A stretch of DNA of 32,000 bases, from positions 2,550,001 through 2,582,000 of the forward strand of contig NC_002939.5 in assembly GCF_000007985.2 (NCBI RefSeq), given 5' to 3'. This document shows positions 26,337 through 32,000 of the stretch, piece after piece. The notes below the pieces were generated by a model. That model worked only from the letters and a program-made list of their open reading frames with translations, was not told where the DNA came from and ran no database searches. The stretch comes from Geobacter sulfurreducens PCA (GTDB taxonomy: Bacteria > Desulfobacterota > Desulfuromonadia > Geobacterales > Geobacteraceae). Numbering within the stretch: the first letter of the stretch is position 1; every line of letters begins with the position of its first letter. The position numbers were made by a program, and so were the translations under genes.

Positions 26337-26348
26337 TTTGCATGCAAA
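26337..26348. promoter_or_regulatory. perfect 12-bp palindrome (candidate operator)
   Basis: TTTGCATGCAAA lies in the AT-rich divergent region between the 102-aa ORF and mscS. Confidence 0.2.
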
Positions 26349-26669
26349 CATTTTTTGCAGAAAAGATCCAAAAAAATAAATCCACGATGTGACCGAAATG
26401 CGGATAAAGGGCTCTAATAGCCCATTGTGCAAGGCTTGATACCATGCAGGAACATGGTACATACACTATAAACCGGTTTTATCCGGAGGCGTTCGGCATG
26501 TAACACGTGTTGAAAATACCGCCCAGTGAGCGCCCCCTCTTGATTACGGGCGGGGTGTGAATTCCGGAACGGCATACCAGCCTCACCACCCTCGCCCCAT
26601 CAGGCTCGATACCGTCCGCTACAACCTCTTGAATTCATGAATAGTTATGAAAATAGTGGCCACGAATGG

Positions 26670-26698
26670 TTGATTTGTACACAAACTATTTATAGAAT
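26670..26698 (+). promoter_or_regulatory. near-consensus sigma70-type promoter abutting the mscS start codon
   Basis: TTGATT (26670-26675), a 17-nt spacer, then TAGAAT (26693-26698). The ATG at 26710 is only 11 nt after the -10 hexamer, and no SD is visible. Confidence 0.4.
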
Positions 26699-26709
26699 CG
26701 ACACATTCC

Positions 26710-27756
26710 ATGACTATCCTTTCCGACATACAGAGTATTCTAAAGGCGGCGGGAATCCTTTCGTCCAGCCTCGTGGTCGGGCTCGTACTCGACAAGGTAG
26801 TGCTGCGGCGGCTGAAAGTCCTCGCAAGCCGCACGCCGTGGGAGGGAGACGAGATCGTCGTCGACTCCCTGCGGGGGCTGTTGTTGTACTCTGCCCTCTT
26901 GACAGGACTGTACGGCGTTGCGACGCAGGTTCCGATGACCGTAGGGCTGCAGAGACTGGCGGGGAATATATTCCTCGTAACCATTATCCTTGTCGCTACT
27001 CTCTTCTTCATGAGGCTGGCTGCCGGCTTTGTCACCCACTACGCGAAAAAGGCGGTACTGCCCTCCATTTCCATTTTCAGCAACCTTGCGAAAGTCTCCG
27101 TCTTTTCCATCGGCATCCTGATCATCCTCCAGTCTCTCGGAATCTCAATAGCTCCGATTCTCACCGCCCTCGGCGTCGGGGGCCTCGCCGTTGCGCTCGC
27201 CCTCCAGGACACCCTGTCCAACATCTTTGCGGGGCTTCACATCATCGCGACCCGCCAGATCCGCCAGGGCGACTACATCCGACTCGCCAGCGGAGAAGAG
27301 GGGTATGTGAACGACATAACCTGGCGCAACACCACCGTTCAGACCCTGCCCAACAATATGGTCATCATCCCGAACTCAAAGCTGGCCGGCGCCATCGTTA
27401 CGAACTACAACCTGCCTGACCGGGAAATGGCGGTGCTCGTTCAGGTGGGAGTCAGTTACGCAAGCGACCTGGATCATGTGGAGCGGGTAACCATAGAGGT
27501 GGCCAGCGAACTGCTGCACGAGGTCCAGGGCGGAGCCAGCGGCTTTGACCCGTTCATCCGCTATCACACCTTTGCCGACTTCAGCATCAATTTCACCGTG
27601 ATCCTGCGGGGCAAGGAATACGTGGACCAGCATCTCCTCAAGCATGAGTTCGTGAAACGCCTCCATCGGCGTTATGCCAGGGAGAAAATCGAAATACCAT
27701 TTCCGATCCGGACCCTCCACATCAAGCAGGAGGCGCCGGCACAGGAAGGGGACTGA
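26710..27756 (+). CDS. mechanosensitive ion channel family protein (MscS-like)
   Basis: Has the pore-helix and beta-domain signature ILTALGVGGLAVALALQDTLSNIFAGLHII, then GDYIRL..GEEGYVNDITWRNTTVQT.NNMVIIPNSKL. There are three N-terminal TM helices. Confidence 0.9.
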   Translation: MTILSDIQSILKAAGILSSSLVVGLVLDKVVLRRLKVLASRTPWEGDEIVVDSLRGLLLYSALLTGLYGVATQVPMTVGLQRLAGNIFLVTIILVATLFFMRLAAGFVTHYAKKAVLPSISIFSNLAKVSVFSIGILIILQSLGISIAPILTALGVGGLAVALALQDTLSNIFAGLHIIATRQIRQGDYIRLASGEEGYVNDITWRNTTVQTLPNNMVIIPNSKLAGAIVTNYNLPDREMAVLVQVGVSYASDLDHVERVTIEVASELLHEVQGGASGFDPFIRYHTFADFSINFTVILRGKEYVDQHLLKHEFVKRLHRRYAREKIEIPFPIRTLHIKQEAPAQEGD

Positions 27757-27757
27757 G

Positions 27758-29650
27758 ATGACGCCGTGGTGCCTGGATATCGGAGCGACGCCCGTCACCG
27801 GAGGAGTTCACTTCAGGGTTTGGAGCCCCCTGGCCGATTCCGTCGAGGTCATCCGCTGTGCCCGGGGCGAAGAAGCCTCGTGCCCTCTTTCCCGGGTCGG
27901 CGAATACTTTCAGGGGACCATACCGGGCATGGGTCCGGGCGACTGTTACTGGTACCTGCTGGATGGCACCCTTCGCCGGCCAGACCCGGCATCCCGCTGC
28001 CAACCCGGGGGAGTTCACGGCCCCTCCCAGGTCGTGGCGCCGGACAGCTTCGCCTGGGCCGATGGCCAGTGGCGGGGAGTGGCGCTGGAGGAACTCATCA
28101 CCTACGAACTGCACGTGGGGACCTTTACGCCCGAGGGGACCTTCGGTGCGGCCGTGGAGCGGCTGGATTATTTGCAGGAACTGGGAATCACCGCCCTGGA
28201 GCTGATGCCGGTGGCCGAGTTTCCGGGCAGCCGCAACTGGGGGTACGACGGAGTATTCCCCTTTGCCCCCCACCACGCGTATGGCGGCCCCGACGGTCTC
28301 AAGTCGCTGGTGGATGCGTGCCACCGGCGGGGGCTGGCCGTGATCCTGGACGTGGTTTACAACCACCTGGGCCCCGAGGGCAACTATCTTCACGCCTTTG
28401 CCCCCTACTTCACCGATCACTACCGGACCCCCTGGGGGGATGCCGTCAATTTCGACGGACCCGGCAGCGACGGGGTGCGCCACTACGTGATCGGCAACGC
28501 ACTCCACTGGATAAGCGAATACCATCTGGACGGCCTGAGGCTCGACGCCATCCACGGCATCTATGACTTCAGCGCCGGCCACATCCTGCGGGACATTACC
28601 CGGGCGGTCGACTCCCTGGCACGGCACCTGGGGCGGACGGTCCACGTGATCGCCGAGAGCGACCTGAACGATGTGCGGACCATCGCGCCGCCGGAGTCAG
28701 GCGGGCACGGCGTCCACACCCAGTGGTGCGACGATTTCCACCACTCCCTGGTGACCCTCCTGACCGGCGAGCGGAATGGTTACTACGCCGATTTCGGCCT
28801 GTTCAGCCACCTGGAGAAGGCGTTCCGCGAGGGGTTCGTCTACTCCGGAGAATACTCGCGCCACCGCAGACGCCGCCACGGCAGCCCATCAGGGGATCAG
28901 CCCCCGCGCCGGATGGTGGTCTTTTCCCAAAACCACGACCAGATCGGTAACCGGGCCCTGGGGGACCGGCCATCGACCCGCCTCTCCCCGGAGCAGCTCA
29001 AGCTGGCCGCCGGCGCAGTCATACTCTCCCCCTACCTGCCGCTCATCTTCATGGGAGAGGAGTACGGCGAGACTGCCCCGTTCCCCTACTTCACGAGCCA
29101 TGGCGATCCGGCGCTGGTTGAGGCGGTGCGCCGGGGACGGCGCGAAGAATTCGCCGCCTTCGGCTGGGAGGCGGAAGTCCCCGACCCCCAGGACGAAGCG
29201 ACATTCCGCTCCGCCCTGATCGATCCGGAACTTCGCTCCGTCGGCTGGCACCAGCAGGTATTCTCCTTCTACCGGGAAGTGATCCGGCTCCGGCGGCAAC
29301 TGCCCAGCTTCCGCCGCCCCGAGCGGGAGGAAATCCAGGTGACCGGCCTGGAAGCGGACAGGGTCGTGGTCGTCCGGCTCTGCCGGGGCCAGGCCGAACT
29401 CGTGGTCCTCTTTGCCCTGGCCGAAACATCCTGCCGCGTTCGACTACCCTTCCGCCACGGACGTTACCGCAAACTCTTGGACTCGGCCGAACCGCGCTGG
29501 GGCGGACCGGGGGCACTGGCGCCCGAAGCCCTCGACGGAGGGGATGAAGGGATCGGGATCACCCTCGCGCCGTTCAGCGTCGTTCTGTATGGCAGGGACC
29601 GAGACGACCGTCGCCGGAACGGCGGCCCGATGCCGACTGAAGAAGGGTGA
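27758..29650 (+). CDS. treZ: malto-oligosyltrehalose trehalohydrolase (GH13)
   Basis: Carries GH13/TreZ blocks: YELHVGTFT, LGITALELMPV, WGYDGV, AVILDVVYNH, DGLRLDAIH, VIAESDLND and QNHDQIGNR. I trimmed the start to the ATG at 27758 (MTPWCLD), which has a GGAAGGGG SD. It begins 1 nt after the mscS TGA (TGAGATG). Confidence 0.9.
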   Translation: MTPWCLDIGATPVTGGVHFRVWSPLADSVEVIRCARGEEASCPLSRVGEYFQGTIPGMGPGDCYWYLLDGTLRRPDPASRCQPGGVHGPSQVVAPDSFAWADGQWRGVALEELITYELHVGTFTPEGTFGAAVERLDYLQELGITALELMPVAEFPGSRNWGYDGVFPFAPHHAYGGPDGLKSLVDACHRRGLAVILDVVYNHLGPEGNYLHAFAPYFTDHYRTPWGDAVNFDGPGSDGVRHYVIGNALHWISEYHLDGLRLDAIHGIYDFSAGHILRDITRAVDSLARHLGRTVHVIAESDLNDVRTIAPPESGGHGVHTQWCDDFHHSLVTLLTGERNGYYADFGLFSHLEKAFREGFVYSGEYSRHRRRRHGSPSGDQPPRRMVVFSQNHDQIGNRALGDRPSTRLSPEQLKLAAGAVILSPYLPLIFMGEEYGETAPFPYFTSHGDPALVEAVRRGRREEFAAFGWEAEVPDPQDEATFRSALIDPELRSVGWHQQVFSFYREVIRLRRQLPSFRRPEREEIQVTGLEADRVVVVRLCRGQAELVVLFALAETSCRVRLPFRHGRYRKLLDSAEPRWGGPGALAPEALDGGDEGIGITLAPFSVVLYGRDRDDRRRNGGPMPTEEG

Positions 29651-29673
29651 CCGAGGCTCAATCAAGGACTGTT

Positions 29674-32000
29674 ATGGAACGATTCATCTGCATACATGGC
29701 CATTTCTACCAGCCCCCCCGGGAGAACCCCTGGCTGGAGGCGGTGGAGATCCAGGACTCGGCCCACCCCTATCACGACTGGAACGAACGGATCACCGCCG
29801 AGTGCTACGCCCCAAACGGCGCGTCGCGCCTCTTCGACGACGAAGGGCGCATTCGCGATATCGTCAGCAACTACGCCCGGATCAGCTTCAACTTCGGGCC
29901 GACGCTTCTCGCCTGGATGGAGGAGTACTCTCCCCAGGCCTACCGGGCCATACTGGAAGCGGATCGCCTGAGCATCGGCTGGCGCTCGGGCCACGGCAAC
30001 GCCGTGGCCCAGGTCTACAACCACATCATCATGCCCCTGGCGAACCGGCGGGACAAAGAGACCCAGGTGCGCTGGGGCATCGCCGATTTCGAGCGACGCT
30101 TCGGCCGCTTCCCGGAGGGGATGTGGCTGGCCGAAACGGCCGTGGATGTCGAAACACTCGACGTGCTCGCCGCCGAGGGTATCCGCTTCACCATTCTCGC
30201 CCCGCACCAGGCCGCGCGGATGCGTGCCCGGGGCGGACGGAAATGGCATTCCGTCGAAGGGGGGCACATCGATCCGACCCGCCCCTATCTCTGTCGTCTG
30301 CCGTCGGGACGCTCCATCGTCATCTTCTTTTACGATGGTCCCATCTCCCGGGCCGTGGCCTTCGAGAAACTGCTGGACCATGGCGAGCGCTTCGCCCGGC
30401 GGCTCCTGTCCGGATTCGACGACGGCCGGCACCATGCCCAGATCCTCTCGATCGCCACGGATGGCGAGACATACGGCCATCACCACATGCACGGCGACAT
30501 GGCCTTGGCCTACGCCCTCTCATATCTGGAGGACAACGGCCTGGCCCGCCTCACCAATTACGGGGAATTCCTGGAGCTCCACCCGCCGGGGCACGAGGTT
30601 GAGATCGTGGAGAACAGTTCCTGGAGCTGCATCCACGGCATAGAACGATGGCGCGGCGACTGCGGCTGCAACTCGGGGGGATACCCCCACTGGAACCAGC
30701 AATGGCGCGGGCCCCTGCGCCATGCCTTCGACTGGCTGAGGGATGAGCTGGCCGGACCTTACGAAATGGCGGCCGGAGCCCTTCTGCGCGATCCGTGGCA
30801 GGCCCGCGACCAGTACTTCCAGGTGATTGCCGACCGCTCCCCCGACCGATTGGAGTCCTTTGTCAATCGCCATGCCCTGCGCCCCCTGAACGACGACGAA
30901 CGAATCCGGGTCCTGATGCTCCTGGAGATGCAGCGACACCTCCTTCTGATGTACACGAGCTGTGGCTGGTTCTTTGACGAACTCTCCGGAATCGAAACGG
31001 TGCAGGTGATCCAGTATGCCGGCCGCGCCGTCCAACTGGCACAGGAACTATTCGGCAACGGCAGTGAAACCTCGTTTCTCCAGCGGCTGGCGGCGGTGCG
31101 GGGCAACAATCCCGACTACCGTGGCGGCGCGGGAATCTATGAGGCATTCGTCCGGCCGGCAATGATCGATCTTGTCAAGGTAGGAGCCCATTTTGCGGTC
31201 AGCTCCCTATTCCAGGAGTATGGGGAGGAGACCCGAATCTTCAGCTACCGGGTGAAAAGTGAGGATGTCCGCCTGATCCCGGCGGGCCAGACCCGGCTCG
31301 CCATCGGCCGCGTGTGGGTCGGTTCGACTACCACCGGTGAAGAGGCCCGGATCACCTACTGCGTCCTCTATTTCGGCAACCACGCCCTGAATGGCGGTGT
31401 TCGCATCTTCCGCGGCAACGAAGCTTACGAGGCCATGGTCATCGAAATTGCCAGGGCCTTTGAGTCAAGTGATTTCGCAGAGATCATCCGGCTCATGGAC
31501 GCCCACTTCGGGATGCACAACTACTCCCTGCGGGATCTGTTCCGGGACGAGCAGCGCCGGATTCTCGGCATGGTGATCGGAGGCGTGCTCACTGAGTTCG
31601 AAGACCGCTACACAGCCCTCTACGACAACTACCGCCTCCTCATGGGATTCGTCCGGCAGACCGGCATGCCGGTCCCCTACCGGTTCATGACTACTGCTCA
31701 ACTGGCCCTCAACCTGAAGCTGGACCGGGCCTTCACCAAGCCCGGCATCGCCGAGGCCGAAGTGGGAGAAATCCTGCGCGAGATCGCCGACTGGGAGGTG
31801 GAGATCGAGCGGATCGACCTGGAATTCCAGATCCGCCGCAGGCTGGAAAAGGCCATGACCTGCCTGCGCGACAATCCGCTCGACAGCACCATTCTCACCG
31901 AGGCAGCCGGGCTGCTGGAACTTGCGGGCCATGTCCCCATCGACCTCAACCTCTGGCTGGCCCAGAATATCTATCTGGAGATCGCCCGGCCACTCTGGCG
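29674..32000 (+). CDS. glycoside hydrolase family 57 protein with DUF3536-type C-terminal region; 3-prime end lies outside the window
   Basis: Frame +1 is open from the ATG at 29674 to the window end, about 775 codons. It is not in the supplied ORF track because no stop is reached. My translation begins MERFICIHGHFYQPPRENPW. It contains GH57 regions: GHGNAVAQVYNHIIMPL, the putative nucleophile Glu in EGMWLAETAVD, and the putative acid/base Asp in SIATDGETYGHHH. An AAGGA SD lies upstream. Confidence 0.8.
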   Translation, partial: MERFICIHGHFYQPPRENPWLEAVEIQDSAHPYHDWNERITAECYAPNGASRLFDDEGRIRDIVSNYARISFNFGPTLLAWMEEYSPQAYRAILEADRLSIGWRSGHGNAVAQVYNHIIMPLANRRDKETQVRWGIADFERRFGRFPEGMWLAETAVDVETLDVLAAEGIRFTILAPHQAARMRARGGRKWHSVEGGHIDPTRPYLCRLPSGRSIVIFFYDGPISRAVAFEKLLDHGERFARRLLSGFDDGRHHAQILSIATDGETYGHHHMHGDMALAYALSYLEDNGLARLTNYGEFLELHPPGHEVEIVENSSWSCIHGIERWRGDCGCNSGGYPHWNQQWRGPLRHAFDWLRDELAGPYEMAAGALLRDPWQARDQYFQVIADRSPDRLESFVNRHALRPLNDDERIRVLMLLEMQRHLLLMYTSCGWFFDELSGIETVQVIQYAGRAVQLAQELFGNGSETSFLQRLAAVRGNNPDYRGGAGIYEAFVRPAMIDLVKVGAHFAVSSLFQEYGEETRIFSYRVKSEDVRLIPAGQTRLAIGRVWVGSTTTGEEARITYCVLYFGNHALNGGVRIFRGNEAYEAMVIEIARAFESSDFAEIIRLMDAHFGMHNYSLRDLFRDEQRRILGMVIGGVLTEFEDRYTALYDNYRLLMGFVRQTGMPVPYRFMTTAQLALNLKLDRAFTKPGIAEAEVGEILREIADWEVEIERIDLEFQIRRRLEKAMTCLRDNPLDSTILTEAAGLLELAGHVPIDLNLWLAQNIYLEIARPLW

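Noticed and set aside
26395-26462. Possible GEMM-I-like (cyclic dinucleotide) riboswitch. Two hairpins are separated by UUGUGCAAGGCUU, loosely reminiscent of the ACGCAAAGCC core.
   Set aside because: The first hairpin has a CUAAU loop rather than a GNRA tetraloop. The GGCAAACC-type 5-prime element is absent and the core differs. The element also lies upstream of the best promoter candidate for mscS. Only an Infernal/Rfam scan could revive this.
26247-26462. 71-aa minus-strand ORF inside the AT-rich island.
   Set aside because: It has no SD, an odd composition and no recognisable motif. The ORF is what a stop-poor stretch would give by chance, so I treat the region as non-coding.
27674-27757. 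N-terminal extensions of track ORFs: treZ from 27674, UPF0182 from 3857, DUF389 from 16029, PP2C from 14367, mrpG from 8191 and mrpD from 10413.
   Set aside because: In each case a downstream ATG or GTG has a clear Shine-Dalgarno sequence and the family-typical N-terminus. The extensions overlap the upstream gene or encode basic, non-conserved-looking residues.
1-32000. I searched by eye for CRISPR arrays, IS or transposase genes, integrases, tRNA or rRNA genes, toxin-antitoxin pairs and known defence-system genes.
   Set aside because: None were seen. There are no regularly spaced repeats, no transposase or integrase-like translations in the six-frame track, and no cloverleaf-like or rRNA-like segments. 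The only compositional anomaly is the AT-rich intergenic island, which I report separately.

Overview
The window is a visibly GC-rich bacterial chromosomal segment. Gene content and order look Geobacter/Desulfuromonadales-like; this is an inference from memory, not a search. I support 27 protein-coding genes and found no rRNA, tRNA, CRISPR array, IS element or prophage.

Nearly every gene with an assignable function relates to osmotic or ionic homeostasis:
- Minus strand: DUF389 membrane protein, orphan PP2C phosphatase, mrpABCDEFG (Na+/H+ antiporter), otsA-otsB (trehalose-6-P synthase and phosphatase), a universal stress protein, and a UPF0182 membrane protein.
- Plus strand: DUF481 outer-membrane protein, a LapA-domain protein, kup (K+ uptake), and a plant/fungal-type P3A H+-ATPase.
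- Convergent minus-strand module: IclR regulator, DUF485 protein and an ActP-type acetate symporter.
- After an anomalous AT-rich control region: an MscS channel gene, treZ, and a GH57/DUF3536 glycoside hydrolase that runs off the window end and is missing from the supplied ORF track.

The most unusual points are:
- OtsA is fused to an N-terminal two-TM extracytoplasmic sensor-like domain.
- An orphan PP2C/DUF389 pair sits at the head of the mrp operon.
- kup and a P3A proton pump are adjacent, which could be a eukaryote-style H+-pump-energised K+ uptake unit.
- An apparently leaderless mscS is translationally coupled to treZ.
- A roughly 0.5 kb AT-rich intergenic island carries direct repeats and palindromes.

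I see no recognisable defence or mobile system. The novelty I can argue for is regulatory and architectural, not a new enzyme family. All family assignments come from motif recognition by eye and need HMM or BLAST confirmation.
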